Notes under the pieces: generated by a model | Database searches by the model: none | Told to the model about the DNA's origin: nothing | What the model saw: the letters and a program-made list of their open reading frames with translations, nothing else | Made by a program: the position numbers and the translations under genes | Part shown: piece by piece, positions 27,712 through 35,667 of the stretch | Layout of the letters: every line of letters begins with the position of its first letter | How positions within the stretch are numbered: position 1 is the stretch's first letter | Source of the DNA: a virus | Lineage: Duplodnaviria; Heunggongvirae; Uroviricota; Caudoviricetes | DNA length: 41,543 nucleotides | Virus record (IMG/VR): IMGVR_UViG_2917413769_000002 | Coordinates: 1 to 41,543 of that record | Strand: one strand, 5' to 3'

Positions 27712-28679
27712 GCAGCCACCTTTTTCTTATAGAAAACCTGCTCACGGACCTGATCACCGTTCATGAGCATGTCGTTGAAATCGCCGTTATCAGGCCAGCG
27801 CACGCTGACTTTAACGATGTCATTTTTCGCCATGAGATTGGCGTGGGCGCACTCGAACGCCGCCGCCTGGCCGGTGGCAGAGTGTTTATCCATATCAGCG
27901 AAAATAACCAAGTGTTTTACCCCCGCCGGCGCACGGAATTTCTTCATGAAATTGCTGTTCATCACCGCCCAGGTATTCACGCCGTAGATCTGATAACAGG
28001 ACAGCGCCGTTTCGATACCCTCGGCGATCCCCAGCGTTGAGGAAACCGGAAACATGCGAATGGCTACAGAGCGGGCATATTCGAGATAGTTGTCTTCCTG
28101 CAGGGATTTTTGCCGTTTGGCGCTTTCGCCCAGCGGCGCTTTGCGATCCCCTTCGAGCAACGTCCGATGGAGATAGCACAGCTCACCTTTATCATCGGTG
28201 GCGAGGGCGTAGAGGACGTGATAAATCTTGCCAGCATGGCGCTGCTTATCGCAAAACCTGATGGCTTCAGCGGGTAATTTGTTGATCCCGCGCTGACGGA
28301 AATATCCGGCACCATTGGTACCGTGCAGAGCCGGAAGTTTTGAAAACTTGCTGATCACCCGCTGGCGCAGCTTCGCGGCGGAGCTGTGGGCAGGGATTTT
28401 TTCACGCTGGTAGTCATTACCAATAAGCTGATCCACCTCGGCGCAGAGTGCCGAGAAGGTTTTACTGGTCTGCGTGGCCGAAAGCAACTTCATGCCGTCG
28501 CCGCTGCCGCACACGCAGATCCATGTACCGGCACCATCGCGATCGTCTATACGGAACTTACCGCGTGCGCTGCATACCGGGCACTCCCCTTTGTAGTGGT
28601 TTTTCCCGGTTATTGGTGGCAGGCCGTAATGCTCAAATATTTCGGGCCAGCGGCCTTTCGCCGCTTCTGCTGTCTTCAC
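27708..28679 (-). CDS. DNA primase (zinc-binding + Toprim, P4-alpha / TraC-like)
   Basis: N-terminal Cys cluster CPVCSA...CVCGSGDG (zinc-binding); Toprim-like acidic motifs later; GTG start coupled to helicase stop. Confidence 0.7.
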   Translation of the reverse strand: MKTAEAAKGRWPEIFEHYGLPPITGKNHYKGECPVCSARGKFRIDDRDGAGTWICVCGSGDGMKLLSATQTSKTFSALCAEVDQLIGNDYQREKIPAHSSAAKLRQRVISKFSKLPALHGTNGAGYFRQRGINKLPAEAIRFCDKQRHAGKIYHVLYALATDDKGELCYLHRTLLEGDRKAPLGESAKRQKSLQEDNYLEYARSVAIRMFPVSSTLGIAEGIETALSCYQIYGVNTWAVMNSNFMKKFRAPAGVKHLVIFADMDKHSATGQAAAFECAHANLMAKNDIVKVSVRWPDNGDFNDMLMNGDQVREQVFYKKKVAA

Positions 28680-30292
28680 GCTGTTCTTCTCCCCAGCATA
28701 CTACGAATGTTAGCAACCTGATTTCTGGCGTTGATGATCCGGTTTGTGGTGTTGTCGGCGGGCTCCTCCGGCTGACTGCCGGACCTTTCCCGCCCCTTCG
28801 CAAATTTGATCTGCTTGTGTTTGATGTAGTTGTTTACCTCAGGGGTAATCTCCATCGGGAAATCGCTCAGCCCATTGGGCCACTCGTCGAATTTTTCGCG
28901 GAATGTATGCGCGCACCAGCCGTCACTGATGGGTTTACCCATAGAATTACGCTGGCGCTGATAGAATTTGATTTGGCTCCACCAGGACTGTTTGTCCGAC
29001 TTGGTGTAAACCTTTTCGCCCTTTTTGAGCTTTTTGATATTTCGCTGGGTGTCGGTTTCCACATCCTCCCCCACCAGTGGCTTAAAGCCGCATTTCGGGC
29101 AGACGTAGACGCCAGCAGGCTTCATGAAATGGCATTCCGGGCATTCCTTCGGAAGTTTTTCCTCCCGCTCCTCAGCCGTGCGGGCTGCGGCCTCTTTCAT
29201 GCCATCGTTTTTGGACGGGAGATCGTTGTACTCAATCGCGTCAGGAAACCCCAGGCGGTGGACGGTGCCACTGTGATCGAAGATGAGACAGGCGTCTTTG
29301 CCCGGTGCAGTGCGAAGACCGCGCCCGAGTGCCTGAAGCCAGCGAATTTCGCTTTTCGTCGGACGGGCGTAAATGACGCAGCGAACATCACTGTCGAAGC
29401 CCGCCACCAGCACGCCGACGCTGACAATGATTTTTGTCGCGCCAGTTTCAAAGCGGTGGATCATCAGCTGGCGTTCTTCGTGCGGCGTTTCGGCCACCAT
29501 CACCTCAGCATTCACGCCCGCTTTGTTGAACTGCATCGTGACGTAGTTGGCGTGGGCCTTATTGACGCAGAACGCCACTGTCGGAAGGTCCCGGCCGTTA
29601 CGCAGCCAGTTATCGACAATATCGCCCACCAGGTCAGAGCCGCACATAATCTCCGCCAGCTGCGCTTCGTCGTAGTCGCTGCCATACTCCATCGACGCTT
29701 TAGTTTTAACGCCTTTCAGATCCGGCTTTGTTGGCGCGTAAAATTCGTAATTACTCAGATCGCCACGCTGGATAAGCTCGCCGATGGTGGTCGGCTTGAT
29801 AAGGCGCTGGTAGTAATTCCCCAGGAAAGGTGAAAATGGGGTTCCCGACAGGCCGATAACCTTCGCTTTGGTTTCCGTGGTGATCCGCTCAATCTCTTTC
29901 AGAATGCGGCGTTTGCGCAGATGGGCTTCGTCGATAATCAGCAGATCGATATCCTGCGGGAATTCCCGGCGGATCAGCGTGTCGGCGCTGGCAATCTGGA
30001 TCTGCAGGCTGGGGTCATAGTTCGGATGGTCACGCCAGATAAAGCTGATCTGGTCTTCCGGAAGACCATACTGAGCGAAGCGCTGCGCCGTCTGGTTGAT
30101 CAGGATGGTGTAAGGGGCGACAAAGAGAACGCGCATACCACGGCTTACCAGACCATCAGTAACGAAAGCAGCCAGTCCAGTTTTTCCGCTGCCGGTCGGC
30201 ATATACATCATGAAAGATTCATAGGCCTTCCAGTCGCGGCGCAGCATGTTCAGCGCGCGTTCCTGTGCAAAATTTGGTGTGATGTTCAGCAT
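28676..30292 (-). CDS. SF2 (DEAD/DEAH-box type) replicative helicase
   Basis: Walker A MPTGSGKTG, DEAH-like box LIIDEAH, motif VI-like QALGRGLR; C-terminal Cys4 zinc finger CPECH...CPKCG; ATG 30292 with AAGGGG upstream. Confidence 0.8.
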   Translation of the reverse strand: MLNITPNFAQERALNMLRRDWKAYESFMMYMPTGSGKTGLAAFVTDGLVSRGMRVLFVAPYTILINQTAQRFAQYGLPEDQISFIWRDHPNYDPSLQIQIASADTLIRREFPQDIDLLIIDEAHLRKRRILKEIERITTETKAKVIGLSGTPFSPFLGNYYQRLIKPTTIGELIQRGDLSNYEFYAPTKPDLKGVKTKASMEYGSDYDEAQLAEIMCGSDLVGDIVDNWLRNGRDLPTVAFCVNKAHANYVTMQFNKAGVNAEVMVAETPHEERQLMIHRFETGATKIIVSVGVLVAGFDSDVRCVIYARPTKSEIRWLQALGRGLRTAPGKDACLIFDHSGTVHRLGFPDAIEYNDLPSKNDGMKEAAARTAEEREEKLPKECPECHFMKPAGVYVCPKCGFKPLVGEDVETDTQRNIKKLKKGEKVYTKSDKQSWWSQIKFYQRQRNSMGKPISDGWCAHTFREKFDEWPNGLSDFPMEITPEVNNYIKHKQIKFAKGRERSGSQPEEPADNTTNRIINARNQVANIRSMLGRRTA

Positions 30293-30420
30293 TATCAACC
30301 CCTTTACGTTTCACTCTTCCAGGAAAAACCTTTCCCGATTTCTTACCCGACCAACTGCGCATCACCTTGCTAGTACAGTGGCGATTTTGGGCTCTGTCTC
30401 TGAGATCAGCACCTACCTAA

Positions 30421-30620
30421 CCAATGGAGCTGCCTTCTGGAAAAGGCCTATTCCCATCCCTCTCCGATCTCCCCCCTTACCCCCCTCTTACCTCTCCCTT
30501 ATTCATGTACTAGATAGCTAGTACAATCAGGCGTAAAAAAAGTAAGTGGGTGGTCCCAGCTTCATCAGCAGCTGACGCCTTTAAGTCAGACTGCAACCAG
30601 GCACCTTTAAGCCCGGTATC
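30421..30620. promoter_or_regulatory. candidate origin / early-promoter region with repeats
   Basis: ~50-nt polypyrimidine tract with CTTAC-type repeats (30445-30500), perfect inverted repeat TGTACTAG-ATAG-CTAGTACA (~30488-30510), two CCTTTAAG copies. Confidence 0.35.
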
Positions 30621-30621
30621 G

Positions 30622-30915
30622 TCAGGCGCGCTGTTGCGTTCCTGCCAGAGGCGGCTGGGCCGTGTAGCCCTGAATTGCCCGCCCGTGTGTTTCAACGAAC
30701 CTGCGAAGCCTCACGTTGGCTTCATGCCTTGCCCGGTTCTCCCTGCGGTATGTAACCGGCTCGGCGTCAAACGTGATTTCGTAAACCTCTGCGTACTTCA
30801 GCGCGACTTTGCGGCGGAGGGACGGAGGCAAACTCAGTAACTGCTGCTGGATCCACGCTGCATCTGCCTGGCTGTAAGCCAATGGCAGATCAACCTGCAC
30901 ATAATCCGGGTACAT
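30622..30915 (-). CDS. hypothetical protein in the cII position
   Basis: 97-aa ORF from ATG 30915 with GGAGG 4 nt upstream; immediately downstream of cro; basic C-terminal region. Confidence 0.45.
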   Translation of the reverse strand: MYPDYVQVDLPLAYSQADAAWIQQQLLSLPPSLRRKVALKYAEVYEITFDAEPVTYRRENRARHEANVRLRRFVETHGRAIQGYTAQPPLAGTQQRA

Positions 30916-30932
30916 ATCGCCTCCGGGGCATG

Positions 30933-31193
30933 TCACACCTCGCTTTGCTCTGCGTGACTTGTTCCGCGTAACGTTTCAGGTAGTCCGTCATCAGTGCTTG
31001 GATATAAATCAGGGCGAATTTCATGTGGAATGACCTTCCAGCCCGTCAACTCACAGAGCTGTAATACAAATCGAGGCGGGATAACTGACTTGCTAAACCA
31101 CTGATTTACTGCCTGAGGCGTGATCCCTAACCCTTTAGAGATAGCGCGCTGAGAGAGCAATTCCCCCAAACGAGAGCGAACGATTTCGTTCAT
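30933..31193 (-). CDS. cro: Cro-like / YdaS-family HTH repressor
   Basis: 86-aa ORF divergent from cI; HTH ...ISKGLGITPQAVNQW...; SD GGTGA upstream of ATG 31193. Confidence 0.7.
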   Translation of the reverse strand: MNEIVRSRLGELLSQRAISKGLGITPQAVNQWFSKSVIPPRFVLQLCELTGWKVIPHEIRPDLYPSTDDGLPETLRGTSHAEQSEV

Positions 31194-31200
31194 AAATCAC

Positions 31201-31289
31201 CATCAAGTTAAATTTGATATTGAATGTAATATATCAAGTTTTAATTAACATGCAACACAAACACTTCTCATGTAGACTTGATATCAAGG
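31201..31289. promoter_or_regulatory. OR-like operator region between cro and cI
   Basis: three sites sharing ATCAAG/CTTGAT half-sites: ATCAAGTTAAATTTGATAT (31201-31219), TATCAAGTTTTAATTAACAT (31231-31250), perfect palindrome CTTGATATCAAG (31276-31287). Confidence 0.65.
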
Positions 31290-31345
31290 ATTGCTTTATT
31301 TTTATGCGTGATAATCTTGCGAGTAACCGACAAACTGGGAGAGGT

Positions 31346-31919
31346 TATGGACACCACAAACACGATCAACGAACTGCTAAAAATGAAGGGCTGGACTCAG
31401 CGAGAACTGGCTCGCAGGCTCAATGTCAGCGCCCAATCAGTTCAATACTGGACAACGGGGAAAACATTCCCAAGAGGTAAGCGACTTGCGCGGCTTTCGG
31501 AGATCAGCGGTCTCCCGCAATCATGGTTTCTTGGCGAGAAACAAAGCACGACTTTCCCTGCGGCCGCTGCACCAGATGAGCAGACTGATAGCGTTACTTT
31601 TAAGGTTCTTGATGTTGAATTCAGTTGTGGTGATGGGACGAGTGTAAAGGGGGACTTTGTTGATGTTGTCAGGTCAATAGAACTTGATCCAGAGTACGCC
31701 CGCCAGCTCGTAGGTAATAGACCATTCAAAAATATCGAGATAGGTAATGCTCGTGGGGACAGCATGTGTCCCACTATAGCCCCTGGAGACCTACTATTTC
31801 TCGATAAAACAGTTACATACTTTGATGGTGACGGGATCTACGCTTTCTGTTTTGATGGGGAATGTTATGTAAAAACGCCTGCAAAAGGTTGGCACAAAAA
31901 TAGTGGTCTTATCCGATAA
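31346..31919 (+). CDS. cI: CI-like repressor (HTH-XRE + S24 LexA-like peptidase domain), 3' end frameshifted; intact frame would end at 32025
   Basis: SD GGGAGAGG before ATG 31346; HTH ...WTQRELARRLNVSAQSVQYW...; S24 motif GDSMCPTI; removing one A from the A5 run at 31871-31875 restores ...YVKRLQKVGTKIVVLSDNANY... including the canonical VKRL. Confidence 0.8.
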
Positions 31920-32038
31920 TGCAAACTATCAAGCATGGAATATAGAAAAAGAAGCATTAAACATGCTCTACATCCAGTCAAAAGTAATATCCTCTGTTCC
32001 TTTCAACATCAATAGATTTGGATAATTAATTGATTTAT

Positions 32039-32056
32039 AACGGGCTTGTGCCCGTT
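32039..32056. other. stem-loop AACGGGC-TTGT-GCCCGTT downstream of cI
   Basis: perfect 7-bp inverted repeat; not followed by a clean U-run on either strand, so not called a terminator. Confidence 0.4.
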
Positions 32057-32074
32057 ACCTCGCTGTCTTCGCAT

Positions 32075-32154
32075 ATCATCAAGAAAATAATCAAGTTTAA
32101 CTTGACACAAATCTCATCTGGTCATAACCTCTAATCATCAAGTTAATCTTGATT
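32075..32154. promoter_or_regulatory. OL-like operator region upstream of the early-left operon
   Basis: palindromes CAAGTTTAACTTG (32092-32104) and ATCAAGTTAATCTTGAT (32138-32154) use the same CTTGAT half-site as the cro-cI operators. Confidence 0.6.
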
Positions 32155-32202
32155 AACTTAAACCAATGCGACACTACCGTGTTCATCGATTAGGGGAAGA
32201 AA

Positions 32203-32589
32203 ATGGATACTCTCAATAATTCGCTTAATAAAGCGCAAGCAGTCCTAAGCTCTCTCTTTGAAGCCTGCCACGAAATTGATATTTCTGAGATAGAAACAAA
32301 TCTGTCAGTCATTAATGCTTACTTATGTGATGCCATAGAATCTATTTCCAAAGGCGAAGGTAAGGGGATTACTCGCCCTACAGATAAAGAGTGTGATGAC
32401 GGCTATGATGATATATTTGGTGCGGTTGTCACTGCAGAAAAACGTAAAGAACTTACACATATATATTCTGAGAATTATTTCACAGATAAAGATAGTGACA
32501 ACCCATTGTGCCTTATGGCTTCAGTCATATTTGATTACGTAATAAAAATAAATGGCGAATTAAAAGCCATCAAAGAAAAGCTCAACTAA
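32203..32589 (+). CDS. hypothetical acidic protein, first gene of early-left operon
   Basis: 128-aa ORF in an AT-rich segment downstream of the OL-like operators; not N-like (acidic, no Arg-rich motif). Confidence 0.45.
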   Translation: MDTLNNSLNKAQAVLSSLFEACHEIDISEIETNLSVINAYLCDAIESISKGEGKGITRPTDKECDDGYDDIFGAVVTAEKRKELTHIYSENYFTDKDSDNPLCLMASVIFDYVIKINGELKAIKEKLN

Positions 32590-32774
32590 AAAAGGTGAAA
32601 ATCAAATACAGCTTAACCGCTGGGGATCTTTGCCAGCGTCTACGGGCTCCTTGTTCCTTCACTCATTTCGATGAAGGACACCGTGTCCGTTATCTCTGGC
32701 TTAGCACTGGCATTCCTGACCCCGCCGTGCCTCTACGCCATTTTTATGGGTCTGTCTTCCGGAAAGGATAAAAA

Positions 32775-33602
32775 ATGAAAAAGGTTATTTTCGCTGTTCT
32801 GATTTCCGCCGCCGCTGCTGGCCTGACTGGCTGCGATCGTGTCGAACCCGGCAACGTAGGTATCAAGGTGAACAAGCTGGGCGACGACAAAGGCGTTGGT
32901 GAGGTTGTCGGCGTTGGCCGCTACTGGACCGGCTGGAACACGGAGGTCTACATCTTCCCGACCTTCAAACAGATGAAAACCTACGACGACGCGTTCAATT
33001 TCCAGATGAGCGACGGTACGACAATCGGTTATCACATCGGCGTGGCGTACAAAGTTGATCCAACCAAAGTTACCACCGTTTTCCAGACCTACCGGAAAGG
33101 CGTGGACGACATTACCGATACCGACCTTCGACAGAAGATCGCCGATGCGCTTAACCGTCTTGCCAGCCGCATGAGCACCGACAAGTTCATTGATGGTGGT
33201 AAAGCGGATCTGCTGGAAAGTGCCCTGAAAGAGATCCAGTCCGACATGGGGCCGGTCGGCATTCAGGTTATTAGCCTCTCCTATGTTGGCCGTCCGGAGT
33301 ACCCACCGACTGTTATCGACAGCATCAACGCCAAAGTCACCGCCAACCAGAAGACGCTGCAGCGCGAGCAGGAGGTGAAACAGCGTGAAGCTGAAGCCAA
33401 CATGCTGCGCGCGGAAGCGGATGGCCAGGCAGACGCAAAACTGAAGCTGGCAGAAGCCGAAGCGAAATCTATCCAGATCCGTGGGCAGGCCATGCGTGAA
33501 AACCCCGAGGTGCTGCAGCTGGAAGCCATTAACAAATGGAACGGCACCCTGCCGCAATACATGACCAGCGGCGCTGGCACTCCATTTATCCAGGTTAAGT
33601 AA
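32775..33602 (+). CDS. SPFH / band-7 (prohibitin-like) domain lipoprotein
   Basis: N-terminal lipoprotein signal ...AAAAGLTGC; SPFH-like core followed by an Ala/Glu/Lys-rich coiled-coil (...QREQEVKQREAEANMLRAEADGQADAKLKLAEAEAK...). Confidence 0.7.
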   Translation: MKKVIFAVLISAAAAGLTGCDRVEPGNVGIKVNKLGDDKGVGEVVGVGRYWTGWNTEVYIFPTFKQMKTYDDAFNFQMSDGTTIGYHIGVAYKVDPTKVTTVFQTYRKGVDDITDTDLRQKIADALNRLASRMSTDKFIDGGKADLLESALKEIQSDMGPVGIQVISLSYVGRPEYPPTVIDSINAKVTANQKTLQREQEVKQREAEANMLRAEADGQADAKLKLAEAEAKSIQIRGQAMRENPEVLQLEAINKWNGTLPQYMTSGAGTPFIQVK

Positions 33603-33650
33603 TCGCACCAGCCCGGTGTAGCGCCGGGCTAACAGAAAAATGAGGCTGAA

Positions 33651-33875
33651 ATGAAAATTGACTTCAACGACTACGGGGCCGTGGCATCGGTGACGCTCAC
33701 CAGCACTATCTTTGAGTTTCGCAAGCATAACCGGGTGGTCGACACCACTCTGTTTCTGGTGCCGGGAGTGGTCAGCGAACGGCGCGGCTCCTTCTTCATG
33801 AAGACGTTTATCTCAGGGAAAACCCGCGATGCGCTGCGGGCTTATAAAACCGTACAGCGTGAGGTGAAACGATGA
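33651..33875 (+). CDS. hypothetical protein
   Basis: 74-aa ORF 48 nt downstream of the SPFH gene. Confidence 0.4.
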   Translation: MKIDFNDYGAVASVTLTSTIFEFRKHNRVVDTTLFLVPGVVSERRGSFFMKTFISGKTRDALRAYKTVQREVKR

Positions 33876-34080
33876 GCAAAGGCCAACAACCAGCCTAGCC
33901 ATGCCCCAGTAACGCAACCCCCTACGGCATGACATACCGCCAGTACCTGGTAAGTCAGCTTGCGCCCGTAGTCGCTGCGCAGTTCTTCGAAAGCAATGCC
34001 TGGGATGATTACGACGACATGGCCGGATCACTAATGATGATGGTCGACAGCATTATTGAAGCGGAGAAGGAGACGGCAAA

Positions 34081-34674
34081 GTGAGCAAAATTCAGAACCC
34101 CGTGGTGATTATTCACAAACGAGAAAATAGCGATACCTACGCTGTCGCGATAACCAGCGGCAGCAGTGACTACCGCGATGCGGTTTTGATGGCAACAATG
34201 GAGCCGGATATGACGGGTGATTCTGTCGATACCTGGAGTAAAACTGGCTACTACATGGCAGCAGAGATCGAACGTCTGCGAGCCCAGAAACAACCCGAGT
34301 ATCCAGAGTTGTTACCCTGCGCTGTTGAATTAAAGCCAGGCCTGATTATCGGAAAAGGGTGTAAGACAAACACCATGCTGGAGTCATTGCAACGGCGTGC
34401 TGATTATTACGCCGAAATTGATGCCATGACCCCAGAGGAGCGCGTTAAGCATGACACCAATATTGAAGCGGTTAAAGCAATGCTCCCTTCTGTTTCGCCG
34501 GCGGCGGCCACAGCCAAAACGCTGACCATAAATCTGCCCGATATCAGCTCGAAGGCATTCTGGAGCGGTACAGGTAAGAGCGAGGTTTTCCATCCTGAAA
34601 CCTACCGCCGCTGGGTGAAGGAAGCGATCGAGCGTAATTGCGTTATCGCAGGTATTGAGGTGAAGGTGAAATGA
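34081..34674 (+). CDS. hypothetical protein
   Basis: 197-aa ORF in early-left operon. Confidence 0.45.
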   Translation: MSKIQNPVVIIHKRENSDTYAVAITSGSSDYRDAVLMATMEPDMTGDSVDTWSKTGYYMAAEIERLRAQKQPEYPELLPCAVELKPGLIIGKGCKTNTMLESLQRRADYYAEIDAMTPEERVKHDTNIEAVKAMLPSVSPAAATAKTLTINLPDISSKAFWSGTGKSEVFHPETYRRWVKEAIERNCVIAGIEVKVK

Positions 34675-34697
34675 TTAGCAATTCCCCATAACCCAAG

Positions 34698-34985
34698 ATG
34701 GTAGCGTCAGGCCGCATTCGCCATCGCCATTACCTGATCACTGTTCACGCTCTCGAACGTTATATCGAGCGTATTGGCGGCGATGCTGGCGACATGATTG
34801 CGGAAATAGACAACTCATGGTTGTTCGATTTTAACCAAAGAGGCCACTCTCGCAGATGTTGTGCTTCAGCAGTTGCTGCCGATCGCGCTGGTGGTTATAC
34901 GCTGAGTAGCGGGCGGGCAATGTTTATCGTGTTCCCGAAAGAACAACACGCGATCGTGACAACGTTATCTACGGAGGTGAAATAA
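34698..34985 (+). CDS. hypothetical protein
   Basis: 95-aa ORF; stop overlaps next start. Confidence 0.4.
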   Translation: MVASGRIRHRHYLITVHALERYIERIGGDAGDMIAEIDNSWLFDFNQRGHSRRCCASAVAADRAGGYTLSSGRAMFIVFPKEQHAIVTTLSTEVK

Positions 34986-35344
34986 TGTCCGATGTTAGCC
35001 GTGGCCCAGTATCGACACTTCCCGGACAATTTTCAAATGTTCCAGTTGGCGCAATGTGCGATGAACATCCGGAGAAAAACGCGGTAAGACGAATACAGGG
35101 TGAAACTGATTCAGTTGGCTGTGAATACCACGATATGTGCCAGGAATGCTTAGAGGAACATTTACGCGCATCCCGTGAAGCTGATTATTCAGGTAAATGT
35201 GATTGGTGCAGAAAACATGCCGATCACTTGTACCCTCATCGGGATATCGAGGAGGGGAGCTGCGGACGTGTCTATGAGGTATGCAAACCTTGTATTGAGG
35301 CAGAGCGGCAACGCTGGGAAGAAGAAGATGAACAAGGCTTTTGA
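34985..35344 (+). CDS. Cys-rich putative zinc-binding protein
   Basis: 119-aa ORF with ~10 Cys in CxxC-like pairs (CDEHPEKN..., CQECLEEH, CDWCRKH, CKPCIE). Confidence 0.45.
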   Translation: MSDVSRGPVSTLPGQFSNVPVGAMCDEHPEKNAVRRIQGETDSVGCEYHDMCQECLEEHLRASREADYSGKCDWCRKHADHLYPHRDIEEGSCGRVYEVCKPCIEAERQRWEEEDEQGF

Positions 35345-35474
35345 AATGTGGGTTCGCAAGCGGTACGGAAACCGCTACGACCTGTCGCGAGATTGCGAAG
35401 GTTTCTATTGCCGGGAAGTGGTTAAGCGGATGTTTGATGTGTGGTGCCACTGCCGTGGCCTGAGCGTGGTTTAG
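35328..35474 (+). CDS. small Cys-containing hypothetical protein
   Basis: 48-aa ORF MNKAFEMWVRKRY... from ATG 35328, overlapping the end of the previous gene. Confidence 0.3.
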   Translation: MNKAFEMWVRKRYGNRYDLSRDCEGFYCREVVKRMFDVWCHCRGLSVV

Positions 35475-35484
35475 CGGAGGAAAT

Positions 35485-35667
35485 ATGAGTACAGACTTCA
35501 TGACAGAACAAGAGGTTTCTGAGTTGCTTCAGAAAAAAAGAACAGCTTTATATAACCTCAGAAAAAAACATGGTTTCCCTGAGCCAGTCCTCACCCACCC
35601 AGCGAGATATAGCCGCAAAGCCGTGGAAAACTGGATCAGTGCAGGCGGAGTTAACCGAGCTGTTTAA
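35485..35667 (+). CDS. AlpA / excisionase-family HTH protein
   Basis: 60-aa ORF; position next to and convergent with the integrase. Confidence 0.6.
   Translation: MSTDFMTEQEVSELLQKKRTALYNLRKKHGFPEPVLTHPARYSRKAVENWISAGGVNRAV

Noticed and set aside
28448-29833. 461-aa plus-strand ORF
   Set aside because: Antisense to the helicase and primase genes, which carry clear Walker A, DEAH and zinc-finger motifs on the minus strand; no motif content of its own.
30445-30500. C-rich repetitive tract considered as a possible CRISPR array or leader
   Set aside because: Repeats are only ~5-7 nt, irregular and without spacers of defined length; no cas genes nearby. Kept only as a candidate origin/promoter feature.
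32203-32589. First gene of the early-left operon as a lambda N-type antiterminator
   Set aside because: Protein is acidic and lacks an N-terminal Arg-rich RNA-binding motif; position alone is not enough.
32733-33728. 331-aa minus-strand ORF
   Set aside because: Antisense to the SPFH lipoprotein gene, which has a proper lipobox, RBS and domain signature; considered a shadow ORF.
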